Positions 11,590-21,309 of a stretch of 64,000 nucleotides of DNA are shown here, piece after piece. How positions within the stretch are numbered: the first letter of the stretch is position 1; the number at the start of each line of letters is the position of its first letter. A model generated the notes under the pieces. The model did no database searches. It had not been told where the DNA came from and saw only the letters and a list, made by a program, of their open reading frames with translations. Made by a program: the position numbers and the translations under genes. Source of the stretch: Acidobacteriota bacterium (GTDB taxonomy: Bacteria; Acidobacteriota; Polarisedimenticolia; SMYD01); NCBI GenBank assembly GCA_004356015.1, contig SMYD01000104.1, positions 10,221-74,220 of the forward strand, given 5' to 3'.

Positions 11590-12945
11590 TCATGGTGACC
11601 AGTCCGGTGTCTGGCTGAGGCCCTGGCGGGTCAACCGGCGCACATTCCGGCCATTCAGGTCCATGGAGTAGATCTGGTAGATGCCGGTGCTGTTGCTGGC
11701 AAAGGTCACGTGCATCCCATCGGGCGAGAAGCGGGGATTCTCTTTGTTGCCGCCGCCATGGGTCAACTGATGCGCGACGCCGCTGGCGAGATCCATGAGC
11801 AGGATCTCGAACTGCCCGGCCACCCGGCTGCAGTAGAGCAGCAGGTTGCCCCTGGGCGACCAGGCCGCAGACTCATTGTAGCTGCCTGTGCGGGTGATGC
11901 GGCGGACGTTGGCTCCATCGGCGTCCATGACATAAATCTGCGGGCTGCCCGAGCGGTCCGATGTGAATGCGATCTCCCTCCCCGTGGGGGAGAAGGCAGG
12001 CGCTGTCTCGATGGCCGGATGGTTGGTGAGCCTTGTGATGCGGTTGGAGCGCAGATCGATGAGCACAAGTTCCGAGTTCCCTGCCCGGCTCACCGAGTAG
12101 ACCATGGATTTTCCGTCAGGGGCCCACTCGGGAGCCGAGTTGAGATCCCCTTCCCGGGCAAAGACCCGGGATCGCTTTCCCTGCGCATCCACCAGTTGAA
12201 TTTCAGGCCGGCCCGAAACGAAACTCACGTAGGCCAGTTGACTCCCATCGGGGGACCAGGCGGGCGACAGGTTGATGGAGCCGTTATGGGTGATCTGAAC
12301 CGGCCGCTGGCCGTCATAGTCCATGACAAAGATTTCCTTGTGCCCGGGGCCCAGGCTGGAGGCAAAGGCGATCTTGCCCAGGAAAATGCCCTGGGCTCCG
12401 GTCAGGGAACGAACCACGTCGTTGGCCAACTTATGGCCGATGCGCCGGGCCAGGTTCGGTTCACCGCGATAGCGTTTCCCGAAGATCAACTCCCCGCGTG
12501 TCTTCCCGGGTTGCAGATCGGTGTTGTAGAGACGGCCTTCCACTTCCACCTGGTTGCTTCGGGTCCCCAGCTTTCCGAGGAATACGGCATTGGCACCGAT
12601 GGATTGCCATTTTCGGAAGCGCACGTCCCGCTCCGAGAAGGGCCCCACCAGCCTGTGGAGGGATGGATCCACCAGGTCGAAGTAGCCGGAGAATTCCAGG
12701 TCGGCACGGATCACCGCGTGAATCTTGGTGGCCATGCTGGTCGAGAGTTCACCTGGAATCACGCTGGGGAACTCAGGCACGGCGAGGGGGATGCGCTGGA
12801 ACCCCGTGTCTTCGATGAGAATTTCGATGGGCGGTTGCCCATCCTCCTGCGCCGGCGCCAGCGCTGGCAGCAGCAGGATGCCTGCCAAAAGGAAGAGGGG
12901 GATGCGAGGCAAGTTGAACCTCCTGATCTTAGAGGCGGGGTGCAC
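11590..12945 (-). CDS. tolB: Tol-Pal system beta-propeller protein TolB
   Basis: Signal peptide, N-terminal TolB domain and repeated WD-like PD40 blades (SPxWSPDG repeats). GTG start. Confidence 0.92.
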   Translation of the reverse strand: MHPASKIRRFNLPRIPLFLLAGILLLPALAPAQEDGQPPIEILIEDTGFQRIPLAVPEFPSVIPGELSTSMATKIHAVIRADLEFSGYFDLVDPSLHRLVGPFSERDVRFRKWQSIGANAVFLGKLGTRSNQVEVEGRLYNTDLQPGKTRGELIFGKRYRGEPNLARRIGHKLANDVVRSLTGAQGIFLGKIAFASSLGPGHKEIFVMDYDGQRPVQITHNGSINLSPAWSPDGSQLAYVSFVSGRPEIQLVDAQGKRSRVFAREGDLNSAPEWAPDGKSMVYSVSRAGNSELVLIDLRSNRITRLTNHPAIETAPAFSPTGREIAFTSDRSGSPQIYVMDADGANVRRITRTGSYNESAAWSPRGNLLLYCSRVAGQFEILLMDLASGVAHQLTHGGGNKENPRFSPDGMHVTFASNSTGIYQIYSMDLNGRNVRRLTRQGLSQTPDWSP

Positions 12946-12947
12946 GG

Positions 12948-13679
12948 TCAGAGTCCGACAGGCTTGAGGTCGAAGGTCACTGCCAGTTCGAGGGTATCAC
13001 CGGTGTAGGCCGGTGGCAGGCCGGGAAATGGCGCCGAGCGGTAGACGGCGCGTAAGGCGGCATCATCCAGCGGCGGGAAGGGCGATGGAATATCCACAGC
13101 CACGCCGGAGAGACTGCCGTCGCGGCTCAGACGGAAAGTGATGCGCACGGCCAGCACCTCCACGTCCTTCCCGGGGTGCACGGGAACGGCATAATTGGCC
13201 TGCAGTTTGTTCTTGACCAGCGCCAGGAAATAGGCGTGGGGAAAGGAGCCGCCGCCCGCGCGCAGACCGATACCGGCGCCGCCCGGGCCGGGGCCGGCAG
13301 CATCCGTGGCAGTTTCTGCGCCGGCCTGGGGAGGTGTTTCCCCGGCTGCGCCGGTCGATGGCGGGGCCGTCTCTTGAACGGGTGCGGCCGTTTCCCGGGG
13401 GGCGGCGGGTTTCTTTTTTGGCGCGGCCGGTTTCGCCGGGGATTTCTTTCGGGATGTGGGAAGGGGTGGTGGCGGCACGGGCTCGGCCCGGGGGGGCGCA
13501 GGCACCGGTTCAGCGGGAGCTGGCGTCGGGGAAGGTCCACCGGCGGAGGCAGGCAACTCCACCAGTGAGCCGATCATGACCGGATCCCACTGGGGGGGGG
13601 CTGCACGGGGCAGAAGTCCGGGGAGGTAGAGGAACATGGCGCCCATGAGGAGATGAGAGGCCGTGGAGATGGCAACCAT
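12948..13679 (-). CDS. tolA: TolA-like protein (TM anchor, Pro/Ala/Lys-rich linker, TonB/TolA C-terminal domain)
   Basis: TM helix MVAISTASHLLMGAMFLYL, a proline-rich linker and a TonB_C-like C-terminus. Positioned between tolR and tolB. The track ORF runs to 13838 but that part overlaps the tolR 3' end. Confidence 0.7.
   Translation of the reverse strand: MVAISTASHLLMGAMFLYLPGLLPRAAPPQWDPVMIGSLVELPASAGGPSPTPAPAEPVPAPPRAEPVPPPPLPTSRKKSPAKPAAPKKKPAAPRETAAPVQETAPPSTGAAGETPPQAGAETATDAAGPGPGGAGIGLRAGGGSFPHAYFLALVKNKLQANYAVPVHPGKDVEVLAVRITFRLSRDGSLSGVAVDIPSPFPPLDDAALRAVYRSAPFPGLPPAYTGDTLELAVTFDLKPVGL
13592..13600. repeat. G9 (C9 on the coding strand) homopolymer inside tolA, encoding A-P-P-Q
   Basis: tggggggggg read directly; located just after the tolA TM helix. 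Confidence 0.8.
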
Positions 13680-13737
13680 GCGCGAGAGACCTGGTTGCCT
13701 CGGGTCGGGCAGACGGATGGTGATACGCACCTTGGCG

Positions 13738-14163
13738 TCATCCTCCCCTTCCCGGGGCAGTGATCGGTTGAACCACCAGCCCGACCTGCTTGACGCCGCC
13801 CTTACGGCACTGATCCATGACGTACATGACGCGGCCATAGGGAATTGAAGCGTCGGCCCGCAGGTAGACGAACTGGAATCCAGTGGCGCGGCGGGCCTCC
13901 TCGATGCGCACCGCCAGGAGTTCCTCGTGGACGGGCTTGTCGCCCAACCAGATCTCTCCGTCCTGGTCCACGGTCACCAGGAGGGTCTGTTCCCGTGGCT
14001 CGGTGGAGATCTCAGCGCCGGGAAGGGTGACATCCACGCCCCGCTGCATCATGGGCGCAGTCATCATGAAGATGACCAGAAGAACCAGCATGACATCCAC
14101 AAAAGGAGTCACGTTGATCTCCGAGAGGGTTTCTCGGCCTCTCCCGGCAGGTGTCATGGCCAC
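13738..14163 (-). CDS. tolR: Biopolymer transport protein TolR/ExbD
   Basis: ExbD/TolR family with a single TM (VTPFVDVMLVLLVIFMM). Follows tolQ. Confidence 0.85.
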   Translation of the reverse strand: MAMTPAGRGRETLSEINVTPFVDVMLVLLVIFMMTAPMMQRGVDVTLPGAEISTEPREQTLLVTVDQDGEIWLGDKPVHEELLAVRIEEARRATGFQFVYLRADASIPYGRVMYVMDQCRKGGVKQVGLVVQPITAPGRGG

Positions 14164-14178
14164 AGCCCGCCTCCCACT

Positions 14179-14883
14179 TCAGTTGCTCGCGCTCTGTTCA
14201 AGCCGATCGATGAATTCTGAGGCGAAGACCTCCATGTCGGAGGAGGCAATCCGGACCCGCTGTACATAATGATTGTAGGCCATGACGGCAGGAATGGCGG
14301 CTACCAGGCCCACCGCCGTGGCCACCAGGGCTTCGGCAATGCCCGGAGCTACCACGGAGAGCGACGTGGAGCCGCTGCTGCCCAGAGCGGCGAAGGTGTT
14401 CATGATGCCCCAGACGGTGCCGAAGAGGCCGATGAACGGTGCGGCGCTGCCCGTGGTGGCCAGCAGAGTGAGGTGTCGTTCCAGACGGATCACCTCCTGC
14501 CGGGAGGTCCGCTCGATGGCGTTGCTCACCATGCGGACCCGGTCAGCGGTTGAGGGGGTGCGCAGCCGGGTCCAGAGATCGAAACCGTCACGGATCAGTT
14601 CTGCCTCGGGAGCATCACGGAAATCATCCACCATGTCACGGAGATCGGCGAGGCTGGCACCTTCCTGGCTCATCTCGTGACGAATGTCCTGAGATTCGAG
14701 CGCGGCGCGGCGGAATGTCTGTGACTTGAGGAAAATAATGCCCCAGGTCGCCACCGACATGCCGATGAGCAGGAGAAGAACCAACTGCACGGCCGCGCTG
14801 GCCGAGAGGATCAGTTCAATGATGCTGATATTGCCGCGGGCGGCGACAGGCTGGCCGAGGGCGACGAGGATATTGGCGGGCAA
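14179..14883 (-). CDS. tolQ: Tol-Pal system protein TolQ (MotA/TolQ/ExbB proton channel)
   Basis: Three TM helices and the conserved MotA_ExbB C-terminal region (FGTVWGIMNTF). Confidence 0.88.
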   Translation of the reverse strand: MPANILVALGQPVAARGNISIIELILSASAAVQLVLLLLIGMSVATWGIIFLKSQTFRRAALESQDIRHEMSQEGASLADLRDMVDDFRDAPEAELIRDGFDLWTRLRTPSTADRVRMVSNAIERTSRQEVIRLERHLTLLATTGSAAPFIGLFGTVWGIMNTFAALGSSGSTSLSVVAPGIAEALVATAVGLVAAIPAVMAYNHYVQRVRIASSDMEVFASEFIDRLEQSASN

Positions 14884-15084
14884 GGAACCTCCATGTTGGA
14901 ATCAACCGCCTCCCCGGCCCGGACCTTAGCAGGAGGGTTGCCGGGTGTCAACGAATCAATCGATGCAAAGCGCTGTAACGACGCTAGATGCGCGGCATCG
15001 AGCGCTTGACCGGTAGGCGGTGCTCTGGTAGCGTTAACATTGGTCTGAAGCTGGTGTCCCTGCCTCTGAGGAGCCAGATGCTGT

Positions 15085-16881
15085 GTGTCCACTCCCGCCG
15101 GTTACGCCATGCTGACCTACCTTCGCGTTCGCAATCTGGCGGTCATTCGCGATGTGGAAATCGAATTCGGTCCCGGTTTCAACGCGTTGACCGGTGAGAC
15201 CGGTGCAGGCAAGTCGATCCTCGTAGATGCGGTCGGCATGCTGCTGGGGGATCGTGCCCAGGACCTGCAGATCCGGCATGGTCAGGAAAAGGCCACGGTG
15301 GAGGGTCAGTTTCTCCCCGGTCCGGCGGCCAGCGAGTTCCTGCGGGAGGAAGGGCTGGAGGGTGAGGATGGTGAACTGGTGGTCCGCAGGGAGCTGGCCT
15401 CCTTGGTGGCCAACCGGGTCTTCATCAACGGGAAGCTGAGTACCCTGGACACCTTGCGCCGCCTCATGAGTTGTCAGGTGGCTCTCCATGGGCAGAGCCG
15501 TCATCTTGTTCTGGCAACACCCCTGGCCCAGCGTCGATTCCTGGATGACGCAGCGCTGCCCCGGGCGCTGAGAGAGGATCTGGCCCGGACCTGGGACGCC
15601 CTGGTGGTGGCCGCAACAGCACGGGAAACCCACCAGGAGCACATGGCCCTGGGGGTCCGGCAGGTCGCTCTCCTTCGCTTCCAGATAGGCGAGATCGAGG
15701 CCGTGGCGCCTCGTGCCGGAGAGGATGACGACTTGCGCCGCCGGGAACGGCAACTCAGCACCTTTCGGGAACGGGTCGGTCTGGTGGACAGCCTGGTGCG
15801 GGAGCTCATGGAAGACGACGACGCTGTGGTGGCAAGATTGTCCGGGATCGGCCGCCGGCTGGCCGAACTTGTGAATCTTGACCCCAATCTACTGTCCCTC
15901 AACGAGCGTCTTGCCGGTGCCATTCTGGAGATCGATGACATTGCGCGGGAGGTGCGCGAGGCGGCCCCGGGAGAACCGGCCGAGCCCGGAAGACTCGAGG
16001 AGGTGCAGGCGCGCCTTCTGGCGCTTCAGGAGCTCTGCCGGAAATATGGAGGCAGCCTGGCGGAAGTGCTAGCCACGGCGGCGGACCTGAGGGCGGAGCT
16101 CTCGTCGCTGGAGGACAGTGAGGAAACGACCGCTGCCCTGCGGACAGCGGAAGTCGAGGCAGCCCGGCAGTTCAACGCCAGGGCCCTTGGCGCGCGCAGG
16201 AAGCGCCGCACCGCCGCACAGCAGCTCGAGCGTGAGGTCACTCGAGAGCTGCAGGCGCTGGATCTTTCAGGAGCGCGTCTCGAGATCGAGATCTCCGGCA
16301 CGCCGCCCGGCGATGATCCGACGCCCGAGGCTGTCCGCGCCGCAGGTGGCTCCAGCGGTTACGACAGGGTGCAGTTCCGTTTCACCGCCCACGCCGGCGA
16401 GCCGGCCCGGGACCTGGTGCGGGTGGCATCAGGAGGAGAATTATCCAGGTTGATGCTGGCGCTGACCCTGGTGACAGGGGAGAGAGACAGCGAGTCCGGG
16501 CCGCGGACATTCATCTTCGACGAGGTTGATGCCGGCGTGGGCGGAGACACAGCCCGGGCAGTCGGCGATCGGTTGCGCCAGGCGGCCTCCCGCCGCCAGG
16601 TCGTCTGTGTCACCCATCTGCCCCAGGTAGCAGCCCTGGCGGCCTGCCATCTCCAGGTGAGCAAGAGAATGCACCAGGGGCGCCCGTGCACCGGCGTCAG
16701 AATCCTGGCGGAAGGAGAGCGGGTGATTGAACTGGCACGGATGCTGGGTGGTGGCAGCTCACCGGACACGGCGCGGCGCCATGCCCGCGCTTTGCTCGCG
16801 GCGGCCCGGGGACCAGGCTCCACACCGGGTCGTTCACGGGCTTCCCGGCAGGGAGTGAAGGGACCGGCGCCATGGGTGTGA
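15085..16881 (+). CDS. recN: DNA repair protein RecN
   Basis: SMC-like protein with Walker A GETGAGKSIL, a long coiled-coil and the C-terminal signature/Walker B region (FIFDEVDAGVGG). Confidence 0.9.
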   Translation: MSTPAGYAMLTYLRVRNLAVIRDVEIEFGPGFNALTGETGAGKSILVDAVGMLLGDRAQDLQIRHGQEKATVEGQFLPGPAASEFLREEGLEGEDGELVVRRELASLVANRVFINGKLSTLDTLRRLMSCQVALHGQSRHLVLATPLAQRRFLDDAALPRALREDLARTWDALVVAATARETHQEHMALGVRQVALLRFQIGEIEAVAPRAGEDDDLRRRERQLSTFRERVGLVDSLVRELMEDDDAVVARLSGIGRRLAELVNLDPNLLSLNERLAGAILEIDDIAREVREAAPGEPAEPGRLEEVQARLLALQELCRKYGGSLAEVLATAADLRAELSSLEDSEETTAALRTAEVEAARQFNARALGARRKRRTAAQQLEREVTRELQALDLSGARLEIEISGTPPGDDPTPEAVRAAGGSSGYDRVQFRFTAHAGEPARDLVRVASGGELSRLMLALTLVTGERDSESGPRTFIFDEVDAGVGGDTARAVGDRLRQAASRRQVVCVTHLPQVAALAACHLQVSKRMHQGRPCTGVRILAEGERVIELARMLGGGSSPDTARRHARALLAAARGPGSTPGRSRASRQGVKGPAPWV

Positions 16882-17366
16882 AAGCCGTCTATCCGGGCTC
16901 GTTCGATCCGGTGACCAACGGCCACCTGGACCTGATGCAGCGGGCCAGTGTTCTCTTCGACGAAGTTGTTGTGGCGGTTCTGAAGAATCCCGGCAAGAAC
17001 GGAGCCTTCCCTCTGTCCCAGCGGGTCAGCCTTCTTCAGGAAGCCACCCGGGGATTGCCCCGGGTCCGGGTGGATTCCTTCGCCGGGTTGCTGGTGGATT
17101 ACGCCAGCCAGGTGGGGGCCAGGGTCATCGTCCGTGGTCTGCGGGCCGTTTCCGATTTCGAGTATGAGTTCCAGATGGCTCTCATGAACAGGCGCCTGTC
17201 GGCCGAGATCGAAACGGTTTACCTCATGCCCGCTGAGCAGTACACCTACCTGTCCAGTGGCCTGGTGAAGGAGGTGGCCTCTCTGGGAGGCTGCGTGGAT
17301 GGCCTGGTTCCCGCTTGTGTGGCCCGGGCGCTCAGGGAGTTCCGCGGAAAAGAGGAAAAATCATGA
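16872..17366 (+). CDS. coaD: Phosphopantetheine adenylyltransferase
   Basis: GSFDPVTNGH nucleotidyltransferase motif at a typical length of 164 aa. Start overlaps the recN stop. Confidence 0.92.
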   Translation: MGVKAVYPGSFDPVTNGHLDLMQRASVLFDEVVVAVLKNPGKNGAFPLSQRVSLLQEATRGLPRVRVDSFAGLLVDYASQVGARVIVRGLRAVSDFEYEFQMALMNRRLSAEIETVYLMPAEQYTYLSSGLVKEVASLGGCVDGLVPACVARALREFRGKEEKS

Positions 17367-18547
17367 GATTATCCAGTCGCCTGGCGCGAGTGACACCGTC
17401 CCAGACTATGGCCATGAAGCAGGCGGCGGACGAGCAGATCGCTCGCGGGCACTCGGTCATCGACTTCGGTCCCGGCGAGCCTGACCAGGACACTCCGGCC
17501 CATGTGGTGGCTGCCGCCAAGGCTGCTCTGGACGCGGGGCAGACCCATTACACGGCCAGCGCAGGATTGCCTGTCCTGCGGGCGGCTCTGGCTGTGAAGC
17601 TCGGCCGCCGGGCCGGTGTCACCCTGGATCCGTCGTCCATCCTGGTGACCTGCGGCGGCAAGAGCGGTATCCTTTACGTGATGCTTGCCCTGCTTGAGGA
17701 TGGTGACGAGGCTGTGATCCCGAGCCCCTGCTGGGTGTCCTTTCCGGAGCAGGTCAAGCTGGCGGGGGGCAAGCCTGTCCTCGTGCCGTTCCCGGCCCGG
17801 CAGGGGTTCGAGCCCCGGCTGGATGACCTTGCAGCCGCCATCACGGCGCGCACGCGCTTGATCGTGATCAATTCGCCGGCCAACCCCACAGGTGCTGTGG
17901 TGGATCCGGCCTTCTGGGGCGAGCTGGCCACTCTGGCCCGGGAGCACGATCTGGTGGTTCTCTCTGATGAGACCTATCTCGATTTTGTGTACGACGGCGC
18001 CGTGGCCACCTCGGCTCTGACGGCCAGGAGCCTGTTCGGTGAGAACCTGGTGGTGGTGGGTTCCTTCTCCAAGGCGTATGCCATGACCGGGTGGCGGGTG
18101 GGATACACGTGGTCGGAGTCCGCTCTCACCCAAGGGCTGCGGACTTTGCAGAGCCAGGACACCACCCATCCGGCAACCTTTGCCCAGCTGGGTGCTCTGG
18201 CAGCTCTGGAGGGCCCCCAGGAACCGCTTCAGGCCATGGTGGCAGCTTACGCCAGGCGCCGTCGACTCATTCTGTCGGAACTGGAGAAGGTCCCCGGGTT
18301 CGTCTGTGTCCCGCCCCGAGGCGCCTTCTATGTTTTTCCCGACGTCAGGGGTGCCATGGAGCGAGTCGGCTGCAAGGATGACATGGAGTTCGCCGTCCGG
18401 GCGCTTCAGGAAGCGGGTGTGGCCATGGTCGCGGGGGGAGCATTCGCCTGCCCGGGCCACGTGCGCCTCACCTACGCCGTATCCGAGGAGGATATCCGGG
18501 AAGGGGTGGCGCGCCTGGCTCGCTGGGTCGGTGGGAGCGGGATGTGA
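17363..18547 (+). CDS. Class I/II pyridoxal-phosphate aminotransferase (aspartate aminotransferase-like)
   Basis: PLP-lysine motif SFSKAYAMTGWRVGY and NPTG. Start taken at MRLSSRLA inside the track ORF 17315-18547. Confidence 0.85.
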   Translation: MRLSSRLARVTPSQTMAMKQAADEQIARGHSVIDFGPGEPDQDTPAHVVAAAKAALDAGQTHYTASAGLPVLRAALAVKLGRRAGVTLDPSSILVTCGGKSGILYVMLALLEDGDEAVIPSPCWVSFPEQVKLAGGKPVLVPFPARQGFEPRLDDLAAAITARTRLIVINSPANPTGAVVDPAFWGELATLAREHDLVVLSDETYLDFVYDGAVATSALTARSLFGENLVVVGSFSKAYAMTGWRVGYTWSESALTQGLRTLQSQDTTHPATFAQLGALAALEGPQEPLQAMVAAYARRRRLILSELEKVPGFVCVPPRGAFYVFPDVRGAMERVGCKDDMEFAVRALQEAGVAMVAGGAFACPGHVRLTYAVSEEDIREGVARLARWVGGSGM

Positions 18548-19866
18548 ACTCTCGCCGACTGCTCCTGCCGGGCCTGTTGGTCGCCCTGGCGTCGATGGGT
18601 GCCCTTGATGCCGTGTCCGGGCCGCCGGCTCGGGAGGGACCAGTAATTGTCCTGAGGTTGCAGGGCCCTCTCATGCCGGTGGCTGCCGATTATCTTGAGA
18701 GAGGCCTGAAACTGGCCGGCACCCGCCGGGCCAGGCTTGTTCTGCTGGAGCTGGATACTCCCGGCGGACTCGTGACCGTCGTGCGTCGCATGGTGCAGTC
18801 CATCCTGGACCAGCCTGTTCCCGTGGTGGTGTTCGTCGGCCCGGCCGGCGCCCAGGCCGCCTCAGGCGGTGTCTTCCTGGTTCTCGCCGCCGACGCGGCT
18901 CTCATGGCGCCGGTCGCTGATATGGGAGCGGCCCACCCCATAGTGCCCATGGGTCAGAACCGCCCGGAGGATATTGGACTCCAGAAGGCCGCGCACGAAC
19001 TGGCAGCCCTGGCCCGCTCTCTGGCGGAGCATCATGGACGGGATCCGGACCTCAGTGCGAGCATGGTGCTGGAGAGCCGTTCCTTCTCCGCCCAGGAGGC
19101 GCTGGCGGCGGGGCTGGTGGATGGTCTGGTGGCCGACCGCCAGGAGCTCCTGGCATGGCTGCATGGGCGCAGCCTGCGCCATGGTGATGGCCAGGAGGTC
19201 GTGCTGGACCTCGAGGACGTGGTTGTGGAAAGTATCTCCATGAACGCCCGGGAGAGAATACTGAGCGTCCTCTCCGAACCCATGGTGGCCTTTTTTCTGC
19301 TCGCCGTGGGTCTCCTGGGCCTGTACACTGAGATCACTCATCCCGGTGCTCTGCTGCCCGGCGCGGTGGGAGTGATCGGCCTCCTGCTCTTCGCCCTGTC
19401 CAGCCAGTTTCTCCCGGTCAACTGGCTGGGAGCCGGGCTCCTGGGCCTGGGCCTGGGCCTGCTGGTCCTGGAGGTGAAAATCGTGTCTTATGGAGCCTTG
19501 ACCATCGGGGGCCTGGTCTGCATGATGGTTGGTGGCCTGGTTCTCTTCGATGTGCCACCCGAGATGAGGCTGCCACGCAGCTTGCTGGTGGGTGTTTCCC
19601 TCGGGGTGGGCCTCGTCGCGGTTTTTCTGCTGCGTCTGGCAGTTCGCGCCCAGCGTCTGCCGCCGACCATGGGGCGGGAGGCCCTGGTGGGAATGGAGGG
19701 AGAGAGTCTCAGCGATCTCAACCCGGAAGGAAAAGTTCTCGTACACGGCGAATATTACGATGCCAGCTCTGACCTGCCCATTGGCCGCGGCCAAGCCGTG
19801 GTCGTGGAAGCTCTGGACGGCAGGCGCCTCCGGGTGCGGCAGGCCCCGGGCCGGCAAGGAGGATGA
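18544..19866 (+). CDS. NfeD-like membrane-bound ClpP-class serine protease
   Basis: N-terminal ClpP-like domain, multiple TM helices and a C-terminal OB-fold (NfeD). Immediately followed by an SPFH protein, the classic pairing. Confidence 0.8.
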   Translation: MNSRRLLLPGLLVALASMGALDAVSGPPAREGPVIVLRLQGPLMPVAADYLERGLKLAGTRRARLVLLELDTPGGLVTVVRRMVQSILDQPVPVVVFVGPAGAQAASGGVFLVLAADAALMAPVADMGAAHPIVPMGQNRPEDIGLQKAAHELAALARSLAEHHGRDPDLSASMVLESRSFSAQEALAAGLVDGLVADRQELLAWLHGRSLRHGDGQEVVLDLEDVVVESISMNARERILSVLSEPMVAFFLLAVGLLGLYTEITHPGALLPGAVGVIGLLLFALSSQFLPVNWLGAGLLGLGLGLLVLEVKIVSYGALTIGGLVCMMVGGLVLFDVPPEMRLPRSLLVGVSLGVGLVAVFLLRLAVRAQRLPPTMGREALVGMEGESLSDLNPEGKVLVHGEYYDASSDLPIGRGQAVVVEALDGRRLRVRQAPGRQGG

Positions 19867-19867
19867 C

Positions 19868-20662
19868 GTGACTGCACTCCTGATCATTCCGGTTCTGATC
19901 CTCCTCTACATGCTGATCTGCGTGAAGGTGGCCAACGAATATGAACGCGTGGTGGTGTTTCGCCTGGGCCGTCTCCTCACGCCGGAAAAGGGGCCCGGGC
20001 TGATCCTGGTTTTCTGGCCCTTTGACCGCATGGTGCGGGTTTCATTGCGCATCGTGGTCATGGATGTCCCACCCCAGGACATCATCACTCGCGACAATGT
20101 CTCGGTGAAAGTGAACGCGGTGATTTATTTCCGTGTCATGGACCCCAACCGGGCCGTGACCGTGGTGGAGAATTTCCAGTACGCCACCTCTCAACTGGCC
20201 CAGACCACCCTGCGGTCGATTCTGGGACAGGTTGACCTGGATGCCCTGCTGGCCGAGCGCGAGCGGTTGAACACGGAGCTGCAGTCGATCCTCGACCGCC
20301 ATACCGAACCCTGGGGAATCAAGGTTTCCTCGGTGGAGGTGAAGCATGTGGATCTGCCGGCGGAAATGCAGAAATCCATGGCACGGCAGGCCGAAGCTGA
20401 GCGGGAAAAGCGAGGCAAGATCATTCATGCCGAAGGAGAATTTCAGGCAGCAAGTCGGCTGGCGGAAGCTGCCGACATGATGAGTGGAAATCCCATAACC
20501 TTGCAATTGCGCTACCTTGAGACCCTCACAGAGATTGCCGGAGAGAAAAATTCGACCATTCTGTTTCCCATACCCATCAACTTCCTCGAAGCCTTCGGCG
20601 GTCTTGTCCGCCAGGGAGGCCGCGTTGAAGCAAAACCCCACACCAACAAGGAGGAACCATGA
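19868..20662 (+). CDS. SPFH/band-7 (stomatin-like) membrane protein
   Basis: N-terminal TM followed by an SPFH domain (VFRLGRL...[22 protein letters not shown]). GTG start just after the NfeD stop. Confidence 0.85.
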   Translation: MTALLIIPVLILLYMLICVKVANEYERVVVFRLGRLLTPEKGPGLILVFWPFDRMVRVSLRIVVMDVPPQDIITRDNVSVKVNAVIYFRVMDPNRAVTVVENFQYATSQLAQTTLRSILGQVDLDALLAERERLNTELQSILDRHTEPWGIKVSSVEVKHVDLPAEMQKSMARQAEAEREKRGKIIHAEGEFQAASRLAEAADMMSGNPITLQLRYLETLTEIAGEKNSTILFPIPINFLEAFGGLVRQGGRVEAKPHTNKEEP

Positions 20663-21309
20663 GTCGCCATGACTCTGATAGCGATGACCGCTACGTTGAG
20701 ATCCAGCTGAACGGCAAGCAGGTGATCATCGTCCTGGCGGGAGTCCTGCTCCTGTGCGCGGTATCGTTTCACTTCGGTCGCCGGGTCGGGCGGACCGATA
20801 CAGGCCAGTCGGATACCCAGCTGGCCGCTCTCGTGAATGAAGGCTCCGGCGGTGCACCCGTCAGCGAAGAGGATGCCGCAGCCGGCATGACCTTTTTCGA
20901 TAACGTGGGACGCCGCAGCCAACCTTCCACGCCGCCACCGGTGGTCAGCGGAGATGCTGCCGCGGCGAAATCCTCACCCCTATCGGCGCCAGCGGCGGTG
21001 AGGCAGGAAGCCGGGAGTGTGCCGATGGACCCCGGACCGGTGGCGGCACCGGCGGCTTCCAGCCCGGCGGCCGGCACCTTCCAGGTGCAGGTGGCCGCTT
21101 ATCAGGAACGCGCCCGGGCAGAGGCTCTGGCCGGACGTCTGCGCCAGAAGGGGTACCGGGCTCTCATCGCAGATGAGCCCGACGGCGGGCGCACGCTCTA
21201 CAAGGTCAGAATCGGGGGATACATGGATCGGTCAGCGGCCGATGCTGCCAAGACCCGTCTGGCCCGGGAGGAAAAGCTGCAGGCCTGGGTGTTGCCGGCG
21301 GGCGCCTGA
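20659..21309 (+). CDS. SPOR-domain cell-division/peptidoglycan-binding protein
   Basis: N-terminal TM, a Pro/Ala-rich linker and a C-terminal SPOR domain ([30 protein letters not shown]...YKVRIGGY). Confidence 0.7.
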   Translation: MSRHDSDSDDRYVEIQLNGKQVIIVLAGVLLLCAVSFHFGRRVGRTDTGQSDTQLAALVNEGSGGAPVSEEDAAAGMTFFDNVGRRSQPSTPPPVVSGDAAAAKSSPLSAPAAVRQEAGSVPMDPGPVAAPAASSPAAGTFQVQVAAYQERARAEALAGRLRQKGYRALIADEPDGGRTLYKVRIGGYMDRSAADAAKTRLAREEKLQAWVLPAGA

